Notes under the pieces: model-generated
The model's input: the letters and a program-made list of their open reading frames with translations, nothing else
Told to the model about the DNA's origin: nothing
Database searches by the model: none
Assembly: GCA_965602015.1 (NCBI GenBank)
Contig: OZ271918.1
Location: 160,001 to 224,000 of the forward strand
DNA: 64,000 bases
Origin: Salinispira sp.
GTDB lineage: Bacteria; Spirochaetota; Spirochaetia; DSM-27196; Salinispiraceae
Direction: 5' to 3'
Made by a program: the position numbers and the translations under genes
Part shown: positions 40,181 to 49,088 of the stretch, in pieces
Position numbering within the stretch: the stretch's first letter is position 1
Layout of the letters: each line of letters opens with the position of its first letter

Positions 40181-41851
40181 ATGATACTCGAAACCATTGT
40201 GAGTTTCCTTCCCATAATTCTGCTGATATGGATGATGACTAAAAAGGATGCGGTTCCATCGGCAAAGGCTTTGCCCATCACCGCTCTCATCAGCTACGGC
40301 ATTATGCTTCTGGTCTTTCGCCGTGATCCTAACCTGGTTCATGCAAATGTTCTCGATGGGCTGCTCACAGCTTGGACGCCTATCCTTATTATTTGGGGAG
40401 CAATTTTTCTGTTCAAAACGATGGAAGCCAGCGGCGCCATGGATAGCATCCGGCGCTGGCTGAACAGCGTCAGCCCCAACAAGGTGGCTCAGCTAATGAT
40501 TGTCGGATGGGCATTTCCCTTTTTGATCGAGGGAGCCAGCGGGTTTGGTACGCCGGCAGCCCTGGCCGCGCCGATACTTGTGGGTCTGGGATTCCCCGCG
40601 ATGAGGGTGGCAATCATGGCCCTGATCATGAACACCGTGCCGGTTTCATTCGGAGCGGTCGGTACACCGACCTGGTTCGGATTCGCCGGAATAGATTTAA
40701 ACGCAGCGGAAATTCTGGAGATCGGGGTGAAGTCCGCCTTCATTCACGGTGCCGCGAGCCTGATAATTCCCATCATCGCCCTTTCGTTTTTGGTTAAGTG
40801 GCGGCATATCCGGAAAAATCTGGGCTTTATCCTGCTGTCAGTAGCTGTCACCGTCATCCCCTATATTGCGGTAGCCTTCTTCAACTACGAATTTCCCGCC
40901 CTGGTGGGTGGAGGCATCGGTCTCATTTTGTCAGTGCTCATCGCTAAGCTCGGCTGGGGACTCGATCGAAGCGAAGGGCATCTGATTGAAACTCTGCGGG
41001 AACAGGGCGAACTGCCGGCCTCCAATGCGGAAACCCCGTCGTTGATCCAGGGCCACGGCGGGGTCGGTCTCTCCGACAGGGCTCCCGGTCCTGCGGAACT
41101 GGCGAGGGCAACCTTTCCCTTATGGGGCACCATTGTCATTTTGGTAATCACCCGAATACCCCAACTCGGCCTCAAGGCCCTGTTAAACCTTGAAGAACCG
41201 GCTTTGCGTCTCGCCCTGGGTAGCCTCGGCGAGTTTTCTCTCAGCCCGGCACTGAGCCTGGGGTTGTCGGAGATTTTCGGCACGACGGTGAGCTGGAGCC
41301 ACAAACTTCTCTATGTGCCGAGCATAATTCCCTTTGGGCTCATAGCGGTTTTGACCTTCTTCTGGTTTCGGATGGACCGGAAAGCCGCGGCTTCAGTGTT
41401 TGGTGACTCGGTCCGACAGCTGAACGCACCCGCAAAGGCGCTATTGGGAGCCCTGGTTTTTGTCAACCTCATGATGATGGGCGGACAGGGTTCCGCGGTG
41501 GCGCTTATCGGATCGGCTCTCTCGGGGGCAACCGGAGGAGCCTGGAAATACTTTTCAGCACTTCTCGGCGTCCTGGGAAGCTTTTTTAGCGGCTCGAACA
41601 CCGTCAGCAACCTGACCTTCGGGCCCATCCAGGATTCCATCGCCGCAAATCTCGGCCTGAATAGGACAACCATTCTGGCGCTACAGTCGGTAGGCGGTGC
41701 AATGGGGAATATGGTTTGCATAAATAACATCGTCGCCGTCAGTTCGGTACTGGCCCTGGAAAAAAGCGAAGGCTACATCCTCACCCGGACCGTCCGGGCC
41801 CTCGTTGTCTATGCTGCAGTCGCCGCCTTTATGGCTTTTTTCCTGGCGTAA
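40181..41851 (+). CDS. lctP: Lactate permease (LctP/LldP family)
   Basis: FLIEGASGFGTP, PVSFGAVGTP, GSFFSGSNTVSNLTF, GGAMGNM. Confidence 0.92.
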   Translation: MILETIVSFLPIILLIWMMTKKDAVPSAKALPITALISYGIMLLVFRRDPNLVHANVLDGLLTAWTPILIIWGAIFLFKTMEASGAMDSIRRWLNSVSPNKVAQLMIVGWAFPFLIEGASGFGTPAALAAPILVGLGFPAMRVAIMALIMNTVPVSFGAVGTPTWFGFAGIDLNAAEILEIGVKSAFIHGAASLIIPIIALSFLVKWRHIRKNLGFILLSVAVTVIPYIAVAFFNYEFPALVGGGIGLILSVLIAKLGWGLDRSEGHLIETLREQGELPASNAETPSLIQGHGGVGLSDRAPGPAELARATFPLWGTIVILVITRIPQLGLKALLNLEEPALRLALGSLGEFSLSPALSLGLSEIFGTTVSWSHKLLYVPSIIPFGLIAVLTFFWFRMDRKAAASVFGDSVRQLNAPAKALLGALVFVNLMMMGGQGSAVALIGSALSGATGGAWKYFSALLGVLGSFFSGSNTVSNLTFGPIQDSIAANLGLNRTTILALQSVGGAMGNMVCINNIVAVSSVLALEKSEGYILTRTVRALVVYAAVAAFMAFFLA

Positions 41852-41864
41852 GCGCTCTCTGGAT

Positions 41865-41893
41865 TCCGCCGGTCTGCATCACAGACCGGCGGA
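41865..41893 (+). terminator. Strong hairpin after lctP (possible terminator)
   Basis: TCCGCCGGTCTG-CATCA-CAGACCGGCGGA, a 12 bp stem without a U-tract. Confidence 0.5.
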
Positions 41894-41917
41894 GGTTCCC
41901 CTGGAGAATAATTCCCA

Positions 41918-41961
41918 GTGCCCCGAAAACAGCTGAATTAAATCAGCTGTTTTCGGGGCAC
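41918..41961. repeat. 44 bp near-perfect palindrome made of two repeat arms
   Basis: GTGCCCCGAAAACAGCTGA-ATTAAA-TCAGCTGTTTTCGGGGCAC. Confidence 0.9.
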
Positions 41962-42084
41962 AACCCAAATATATCTACATTTGTTGAGTTTTTTCTTACG
42001 CCGCCAATAAAGATTCTGACTATTTTTCTCAGGAAAATGAAAAGATCCCTCCAAACAATCACTATATGTGATTATTCTATACCT

Positions 42085-42318
42085 ATGAAAGAAATGACGC
42101 GTCACAATGCCGGCAGGATCTACCTGTTTCTCCTGCTATTGTCGGTAATCGGGTTTATCACCTTCCTGGCCATCGGCGGAACCCAAACCGCCCCGGGTGA
42201 AGAACCCTTTTTACTGTTCGGGTGGATGACCATTCAGTTATTCATAGGAGTCATTTTCGTACTCTTTTGGCTGGTCAGCTACATAATCTACTTCTTTTTC
42301 TTCTGGCCGTACCGATAG
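42085..42318 (+). CDS. Small two-TM membrane protein, probable accessory subunit of the downstream symporter
   Basis: Two hydrophobic helices with PFLLFGW between them; the stop abuts the AGGAGG RBS of the symporter. Small partners upstream of SSS transporters are a known arrangement. Confidence 0.7.
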   Translation: MKEMTRHNAGRIYLFLLLLSVIGFITFLAIGGTQTAPGEEPFLLFGWMTIQLFIGVIFVLFWLVSYIIYFFFFWPYR

Positions 42319-42326
42319 GAGGTCCC

Positions 42327-43880
42327 ATGGCTTTTACACTTATTGCTCTCACGCTCTTTGGGGCTGTCATCGTGTTTATGGCGGCCTACGGTTACCGAAT
42401 CAGCGCCAAAACTGCCGAAGACTTTATGCTCGGCGGTCGAACCATCGGCGTCGTCGTTATGTTCTTTTTTGTACTCTTTGCGATTTCTTCAGCCTGGACC
42501 TTCTACGGATTTCCTGGTCTTCTGTATACCCAGGGACCAGGATACGTTATGTTTATCTGGGGTTCGGTAGTCGGTTTTGCCGGGCTCTATATGTTTCTTG
42601 GTCCCCGGCTGTGGGCATTGGCCAAGATAAACCGTTTTCTCTCTCCGGTTGAAGTTTTAGGTGAGCGCTATCAGTCCAAGACCCTTCGGCTCATCCTCTC
42701 TTTGAGTATTCTCGCATTCATCGTCCCCTACGTCGGCATTCAGCCCTTGGGTGTTGGAGCGGGATTCGAAGCCCTCACCGGCCTGCCTGCAGTCTGGGGT
42801 GCAGTTTATACCGCCGTCATATTAATTGTGCTGGTAATGCTTGGCGGGATGCGCATTGTGGCATGGGTTAATATCTTTCTGGGAGTCATTTACATGACTG
42901 CACTTTTGGGGAGCCTGCTATGGGCGGTAAACGTCCTGTTCCCCGACGGTGGTCTTGCCCAGGCGGCGAGCATCGTCGCCCAAACGCGACCTGAACTGCT
43001 TTCGGACCCTGGCCCTGCGGGTGCCTACACGCCGGTTGTCCTCGGAGGCACCTTCGTCGTCGGGATTCTGGCGTTCAGCTGGCCCCATGTGGCTATCGGC
43101 TGTATGACTGCCCGGGACAAGAGCCTGTTCAAGTGGTTCCCCCTGCTGATCTTTGTGTTTGGAGGCCTGTTCTTCTATATTCTTCCCTTTATTTGGGGAT
43201 CCTTGGTTGCTCCCGCGGCGATGCCCCTGGAGGAATTGCAGGCCCTGGCCAATAGCAACGGGGTTTCCCTTCAAACAGAGGCTGACCGGGTGGTTCAGAC
43301 GGTTATCAGCCGCACTCTGCCAGAATGGTTCGGCGTGTTTGTTCTGCTCGGAGTAATCGCCGCTGCGGTAAGCACCGCTGCCGTACAGCTGATGACCTCA
43401 AGCGTCATTGTCAGCCGGGACGTCATTCAGGGACTATTTAAACCCGATGCCAGTGACAAGCAGATTACCACCTGGGCCCGCTGGGCGGTTATCGGGGTTG
43501 TTGTCTTGAGCCTGATCGTCAGCTTTTTAAACCAGGGAGCCATGGCCCTCTACCTTACCGACGTGAGCGTTCCGGGATTCGCCCAGTGGGCGCCGGCCCT
43601 TGTCGGTGGGCTTCTGTGGAAACGGGGTACCAAGCAGGGAGCCATCGCGGGAACCCTTGCCGGCGTTATCTACCTGGTCCTCAGTCTGGTTATTGTCGTT
43701 AACGGCGAACGGCCTTTGGTAATCGGGCACCCGGTTATTCCCAGTCTCCTGGTGAATACCCTGGTGTACATTTTCACCAGCCTCTTTACCCGTCGGCCAA
43801 GCGAAGATATTGAATCTCAGTTCTTTGATGAAGTCGACGCCTATCTCAAGGCCGAATCAGCCGGCAAAGCGAATTCTTAG
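42327..43880 (+). CDS. Sodium:solute symporter (SSS family)
   Basis: EDFMLGGR, SAWTFYGFPG, SPVEVLGERY, AAAVSTA, WKRGTKQGAIAG; about 13 TMs. Confidence 0.9.
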   Translation: MAFTLIALTLFGAVIVFMAAYGYRISAKTAEDFMLGGRTIGVVVMFFFVLFAISSAWTFYGFPGLLYTQGPGYVMFIWGSVVGFAGLYMFLGPRLWALAKINRFLSPVEVLGERYQSKTLRLILSLSILAFIVPYVGIQPLGVGAGFEALTGLPAVWGAVYTAVILIVLVMLGGMRIVAWVNIFLGVIYMTALLGSLLWAVNVLFPDGGLAQAASIVAQTRPELLSDPGPAGAYTPVVLGGTFVVGILAFSWPHVAIGCMTARDKSLFKWFPLLIFVFGGLFFYILPFIWGSLVAPAAMPLEELQALANSNGVSLQTEADRVVQTVISRTLPEWFGVFVLLGVIAAAVSTAAVQLMTSSVIVSRDVIQGLFKPDASDKQITTWARWAVIGVVVLSLIVSFLNQGAMALYLTDVSVPGFAQWAPALVGGLLWKRGTKQGAIAGTLAGVIYLVLSLVIVVNGERPLVIGHPVIPSLLVNTLVYIFTSLFTRRPSEDIESQFFDEVDAYLKAESAGKANS

Positions 43881-43889
43881 GAGTGTGTT

Positions 43890-45398
43890 GTGAGCGAAAC
43901 GAGTAAAAAGCGCTGGAGGCTGATTTATAATCCAGAAGGGGATGTGTACGACGTCCCCAGCTACGGCGCCTCGGTAGCCGAGGGCCGCATTGCGGGAAAG
44001 TATCAACTTTCCAACACCCTGGTCCCCGACACCGTAGTGCTTCAGGCTGTAAAGCGGCCGGGAATTGTCGCCGGAGCTGATGTTACCGTCGACCGTTCCC
44101 AGGCCGAGCGCTACGGCATCGAGATCGCCCGGCTCCCGCGAAGCGGCCGCAACGGAGCCAAATCGGTGGGAACCATTCAACTCAGCGACCTCATGGCTAA
44201 ATCATCGAAAAAGTTTGAGGCCGAGGAAACCCGGCCCGATGATCCGGCAGTCCTGATTTACACCTCCGGCACTACCGGCTTGCCCAAAGGCGCGATGCTG
44301 ACTCACAGGAACTTTCATTTCCAGTGCAGCACCATTGTCACATCGCTGCTCGACTTTAAGTCCAGCGACCGGGTAATCGGAACCTTGCCGCTGTATCACA
44401 TTTTCGGCTTGGCGAACTCCATGATTTCTGCTGTCTTTTTTGGCGCAAGCCTGGTGATGATTCCCCGCTACTCTCCGCAGATACTTCTGGAGACAATAGA
44501 CAAACACAAGGCGACAATACTTCCGGCGGTTCCCACCATGTATCAGCATCTCATGTTGGCCGCCCGGATGGCGCGCAACAAATCTGTGGTGCCCAAGAGC
44601 CTTAACCACTGTATTTCCGGAGGCGCGCCGTTGAGTCAGCGCCTGTACGAAGATTTTGGCAAAACGTTTAATACGAACATCATGGAAGGCTACGGCCTCA
44701 CCGAGTCCACCTCTGCGGTGGCGGCCAACGGGGTAAACGGTGAATACCGCGACGGGTCTATCGGCAGACCGGGGAATGGCGTCGAAATGAAGATTTTCGA
44801 TGACAACGGCGAGGAAGTAGCCGCCGGAACCGAAGGGGAAATCGCCATCCGGTCCACCACTATTTTCAAGGGATACTGGAACAACGCCGAAGCGACCAGT
44901 CAGGTGCTGAGAAAAGACGGTTGGCTTCTTACCGGTGATCTTGGCTATGTCGATAAGGACGGCTTCTTTTTTATCACCGACCGCAAAAAGGACATCATCA
45001 TCCGCAGCGGTTATAACATCAGCCCGAGGGAGATCGAAGAGGTTCTGGATCTCCATGAAAACGTCCTGGAATCCGCGGTTATTTCCCGCAAAAGCGCAAA
45101 GGGCGACGAAGTGGTTGTGGCCTTTATCGTCCCCAGAAACATCCCCGAAGAGTTCGGCAGCGAAGCCTCGGACATCGACCCCGAAGCCCTTCACAACAGC
45201 GACTACGCCAGCAAAATGATCGGTGAAATGAGGGATTATGCGGATACCGGTCTTGCGCTGTACAAACAGCCCCAGGAGTACCGCATAGTGCCGAGTCTCC
45301 CCAAAACCGCAACCGGAAAGGTGCTCAGACGGGAGCTCCGTCAGAATGTGGAGGATGCGCGGCTTATTGCGAAGAGGAAGGAACATGTTCAAAGCTAA
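43890..45398 (+). CDS. Chimeric protein: lipoate-ligase-like N-segment (~aa 1-89) + acyl-CoA synthetase lacking its N-terminal subdomain (~aa 90-502)
   Basis: ANL motifs YTSGTTGLPKG, LPLYHIFG, SGGAPL, EGYGLTE, TGDLG, DRKKDII, PKTATGKV. The P-loop is already at residue 124. The N-terminus WRLI…PDTVVL…PGIVAG…VD…YGIEIARLPRSG resembles the LplA/LipM N-part. Confidence 0.75.
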   Translation: MSETSKKRWRLIYNPEGDVYDVPSYGASVAEGRIAGKYQLSNTLVPDTVVLQAVKRPGIVAGADVTVDRSQAERYGIEIARLPRSGRNGAKSVGTIQLSDLMAKSSKKFEAEETRPDDPAVLIYTSGTTGLPKGAMLTHRNFHFQCSTIVTSLLDFKSSDRVIGTLPLYHIFGLANSMISAVFFGASLVMIPRYSPQILLETIDKHKATILPAVPTMYQHLMLAARMARNKSVVPKSLNHCISGGAPLSQRLYEDFGKTFNTNIMEGYGLTESTSAVAANGVNGEYRDGSIGRPGNGVEMKIFDDNGEEVAAGTEGEIAIRSTTIFKGYWNNAEATSQVLRKDGWLLTGDLGYVDKDGFFFITDRKKDIIIRSGYNISPREIEEVLDLHENVLESAVISRKSAKGDEVVVAFIVPRNIPEEFGSEASDIDPEALHNSDYASKMIGEMRDYADTGLALYKQPQEYRIVPSLPKTATGKVLRRELRQNVEDARLIAKRKEHVQS

Positions 45399-46326
45399 GC
45401 TATTCGGAAAGAACGAGCCCGATGTCCAGGAGCTGCCTATCGGACTCGGGAAAATGTTTGAAACCATCAGCACCCAGTTTAAACGCAAGGAAGCCATTCG
45501 ATACGAAAATCAGGTAATGAGCTACCAGGAAGCCGATGAACAGGCTAGCCGGGTCGCCGGCGGATTAAAATCCCTGGGAATCGGTCCAGGAGACAGGGTG
45601 GCAATAATGCTCCCCAACATTCCTGAGTTCTACTACAGTTTTTTCGGCATACAAAAACTCGGTGCCGTTGCAGTGCCGTTTAACACCATGTACAAGGGCC
45701 GGGAGATTACCCATATCCTTCAGGACAGCGGCGCACGGGCGGTCATCTGCCTTTCCAATTTCGCCAGTCTCATACAGGAAATTCAGCGGGACTGCCCCGA
45801 TCTTGAAAATGTCATCATTACGGGACAGCGCACCTTCGTCTACGTCGATCCCGGCTCCTCGGTGAACATTCAGATGGTTTTCGAAAAATCGAGGTTTGAA
45901 AATTTTGACGCAGCCTACCACGCCATCGGCGATGTGCTGGTGAAGACCTTTCACAGTCTCGGTGTTGTAGAAGCCTGGTACAGCCACATCGGAGCAATCC
46001 GGGCAAGCGGAAAAAAGCTCGGCACCATATTGTTGAATGAAATCGAAAACCTCTACGTGGCAAACATCGTTACCTTCCTGAAGGACATGGATAACGGACC
46101 ACTGTTCAAGGTCCTGTACATCCCTCCGGAGTTAAAAGAACGGGCGCTGGAACCCATGACGAGCATTCGGACCGAGATCGGTTCGCAGGTCAGCCTTGAA
46201 GAGTTCAAGGATGTCCTCGTCAGAAAACTCAGCGATGCTTTCGAGATCCAGTTCGATGAAGGTGGACTGACCAGGGACGAGCTCATCGCCTATGAAAAGA
46301 ACCGGGCATTGGCCGGACGGGTATGA
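45385..46326 (+). CDS. Chimeric protein: acyl-CoA synthetase N-terminal subdomain (~aa 1-149) + lipoate-ligase-like C-segment (~aa 150-313)
   Basis: MSYQEADEQASRVAGGLKSLGIGPGDRVAIMLPNIPEF…GAVAVPFN…ILQDSGARAVI…LENVII (FadD-like N-part, no P-loop), then VYVDPG, FHSLGV, IRASGKKLG, MTSIRTEIG…VSLEE…LTRDE (LplA/LipM-like C-part). ATG 45385 follows AGGAAGGA and overlaps the upstream stop. Confidence 0.72.
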   Translation: MFKAKLFGKNEPDVQELPIGLGKMFETISTQFKRKEAIRYENQVMSYQEADEQASRVAGGLKSLGIGPGDRVAIMLPNIPEFYYSFFGIQKLGAVAVPFNTMYKGREITHILQDSGARAVICLSNFASLIQEIQRDCPDLENVIITGQRTFVYVDPGSSVNIQMVFEKSRFENFDAAYHAIGDVLVKTFHSLGVVEAWYSHIGAIRASGKKLGTILLNEIENLYVANIVTFLKDMDNGPLFKVLYIPPELKERALEPMTSIRTEIGSQVSLEEFKDVLVRKLSDAFEIQFDEGGLTRDELIAYEKNRALAGRV

Positions 46327-46480
46327 TTTTACGGCGGTTCAGCGCCTAATATATGGAAATGAAGGCAGAGTGAATATATACTAACAGTAGCGAAGGCGGT
46401 TAACTGCGCTTAACTGACTGTGCTGCTCATCACAACATGTCATGCCCCGGTCCTCCGCAATTATTCTGGAGGCATGTACC

Positions 46481-48940
46481 ATGAAAACACTCTACCAAAT
46501 CTCGCGGGCGGCTATTCTGCTGCCCCTCATTTTCACCCTGGCTGCCTGTGATTTTTTTCCCGGTCCCTTTGGGGATGAGGCTGAAATTCATTTGTTTCAC
46601 GGTGACCGGGAAATCCTCGGCAACGACACTTTGGATTTCGGTACTGTCGGGGAGTCCGAAGTTAGCCGGCTTGTCCTGACTATACGAAATCTCGGGGAAG
46701 CCGAGCTACGCTTTACCGCGGCTCCGGAGATCAGCGGCAGCGATGCCCTGCAATTCGAAATCATCGAGGCACCGGCCTCGACCGTTGCGCCTCGGTCGAG
46801 CGGCAGCCTCAGCATAGAATTTCACCCAACGGACGCCGGTCAGATGAGCGCCGTGTGCACCCTTTATTGTAACGACCCTGTTCTGAACATATTCAGCTTT
46901 ACGTTAACCGGAAGCATGGAAGCATCAACATCGGGTGCGCCGAATCTATCAGTGAGTTCCGGCAGCGGCACGCTGTTTTCCAGCGGTGATGAAATCGATT
47001 TCGGAACCGTTACAACGGCGAACAGCACAGTCGGGTATAATCTTATTTTGGCTAACGACGGTAATGCTGATCTTAATCTCGACGGGGATATCATTATTTC
47101 CGGGGTCGATGCCGGACAGTTCGGCGTTGCCGCTCAACCGTCGGAAGCTCTCATCGCTTCGGGGGAATCGATAGATTTGATTGTGAACTACGCCCCGACG
47201 GCCGCTGGTGAGGCGCTGGCCACGGCCACCATCAGCAGCAATGATCCCGACACTCCTGATTTTGTCCTGCAGCTTCGGGGAAACTATACGCCCCCGGATC
47301 CTGTGCCTGAAATCCGGGTGGGTATTGGCGCGACGGTACTCTCCGACGGTGATACGGTTTTTTTCGGCGAAATTACCGATGACTCGAGTTCCGCAAGAGT
47401 TTTCCGCATAGAGAACCTGGGAACCGGCGATCTGGCATTATTCGGCGTTGGCATAGACGGGGACGCCTACAATGAGTTCTCACTTACCGCGGCTCCTCCT
47501 GCCAGCATACTTCCGGGCGAATGGGCTGATGTCGAGGTCATATATGATCCGGCGGAGCCCGGGGAGTCTTTGGCCGCGCTGAATATCACAAGCGATGACG
47601 CCGATGAGGGAAGCGTTTCCTTGATACTCCGGGGTGTATACTCGCCGCCGGCCCAGCTTTTCTACGTGGAATTCGACAGCCTTGGAGACGACTCTTTTAT
47701 CCTCGCTGCGGATATCGCCGCAAACGGAGATATCTACATGGCGGGGCGAACCTATGTCACCGCCGATCATGCTGACATATTCGTCGCGAAAGTCTCCTCC
47801 GATGGAGTTCCCGATGCCGGCTTCGGCAGCGGCGGATTTTTTATCTTTCCCGGCAGCGCCGATAAACTGGACAGCGTGCGCAGCATCGAGCTGATAGAGA
47901 GCGCCGGTGTGGTACAGAAAATCCTCCTCGGAGCATACACCTACCTGGGAACATCATCGACATACAACGATTCCACGGTCATTCAGCTAAACGCCGACGG
48001 AACTCTCGACACAGCCTTCGGCGGCGGAGACGGATACTATCTGGTAGATAACCCAACCAGGCCATCCAGCGGGTTTATCTGCCGCGATCCTTCCACCGGA
48101 AACATCTATGTGCCCTACGGCGAAGTTGGCGGAACATTTAATGCCAGAATCATCCGCCTGAACTCTTCAGGCGCCCTGGACAATAGCTTCAACGGAAGCG
48201 GATATCTTGATATTGACGCCTACGGCTGGACAGACTATTCACGATGGTTTTATTGCTACGGAGGAATGCTGTACTATCCGGTCTATTCATACGTCTACGG
48301 CAACAATGACAAGGCCTACGGGGGCATTCTTCGCTACAACCTTGACGGCAGTCTGGATACGAGCTTTGGGGAAACCAACGCCGGGGCAACGAACTACGGA
48401 GCCACCAACTCCGGCAAGCAGGGCTGGGCCATGTGGCCGCCGTATAACGACGTTGCCAGCGGTCAATGGGAAGACGCATCCAGTTATATCGCATTCGGAG
48501 CGGACGGTACCCTCTACCTCACCGGCCGGGACGCTCTTTCGAACAACGGGGCGACTCAGCGGGGCTATGTGGTGAAATTCAGCAATGACGGCGTCTTGGA
48601 CAGCTCATACGGTACCGGCGGAGCCTATTATGACACCGGCGGAACCGGAAGCGACAACGCTTCCACCCACTACCTTTGCATCGACTCCCTGGGAAACGCA
48701 TATGTGAGAGGGGCGGACTACAATCTTGATCCCCGGGATGACTATATTTTCAAACTGGATGCCAATGGAGATTTGGATACGACCTTCGCCGGCGACGGAT
48801 ATCTTCGCAACAGCGAGCGGAATTTTAATCACGGAACGCCGGTGTATGTGGATGATGATCACATCCTCATTCTCGGTCGCAACGAACTTACAGGAAAGCC
48901 CGCGGCATATATGATCGATGCCCAGGGAAATCCGAAATAA
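46481..48940 (+). CDS. Surface lipoprotein with three Ig-like (ASPM/SPD-2/Hydin-like) repeats and a delta-60-like beta-propeller region
   Basis: Lipobox LAAC; three DFG…IxNxGxxxL…(S/C)NDP/SDD units; repeated xGxLDxxFG motifs in the C-half. Confidence 0.75.
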   Translation: MKTLYQISRAAILLPLIFTLAACDFFPGPFGDEAEIHLFHGDREILGNDTLDFGTVGESEVSRLVLTIRNLGEAELRFTAAPEISGSDALQFEIIEAPASTVAPRSSGSLSIEFHPTDAGQMSAVCTLYCNDPVLNIFSFTLTGSMEASTSGAPNLSVSSGSGTLFSSGDEIDFGTVTTANSTVGYNLILANDGNADLNLDGDIIISGVDAGQFGVAAQPSEALIASGESIDLIVNYAPTAAGEALATATISSNDPDTPDFVLQLRGNYTPPDPVPEIRVGIGATVLSDGDTVFFGEITDDSSSARVFRIENLGTGDLALFGVGIDGDAYNEFSLTAAPPASILPGEWADVEVIYDPAEPGESLAALNITSDDADEGSVSLILRGVYSPPAQLFYVEFDSLGDDSFILAADIAANGDIYMAGRTYVTADHADIFVAKVSSDGVPDAGFGSGGFFIFPGSADKLDSVRSIELIESAGVVQKILLGAYTYLGTSSTYNDSTVIQLNADGTLDTAFGGGDGYYLVDNPTRPSSGFICRDPSTGNIYVPYGEVGGTFNARIIRLNSSGALDNSFNGSGYLDIDAYGWTDYSRWFYCYGGMLYYPVYSYVYGNNDKAYGGILRYNLDGSLDTSFGETNAGATNYGATNSGKQGWAMWPPYNDVASGQWEDASSYIAFGADGTLYLTGRDALSNNGATQRGYVVKFSNDGVLDSSYGTGGAYYDTGGTGSDNASTHYLCIDSLGNAYVRGADYNLDPRDDYIFKLDANGDLDTTFAGDGYLRNSERNFNHGTPVYVDDDHILILGRNELTGKPAAYMIDAQGNPK

Positions 48941-48984
48941 GGTATGATGCTGATCTGACAGCTATGTTTCCGCACGTCTCACAG

Positions 48985-49011
48985 GCGGCGCCGCAGGGCG
49001 CCGCTTTTTTT
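48985..49011 (+). terminator. Intrinsic terminator
   Basis: GCGGCGCC-GCAG-GGCGCCGC-TTTTTTT. Confidence 0.88.
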
Positions 49012-49088
49012 ACATAGCGATAGCTTCAACAAGCTTTGGGGTACTTATGTTGATTGCCCGTAAGGTTTCACCATCCTATACTGTTTCT

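Noticed and set aside
44202..45497. Long antisense ORFs (here 431 aa; also 2983-4074, 20948-21994, 30449-31612, 37785-38852)
   Set aside because: Shadow frames opposite well-supported genes in GC-rich DNA, with no recognisable motifs.
44140..45840. att-like direct repeats at the two chimera junctions
   Set aside because: Only about 4 nt of microhomology; no convincing recombination site.
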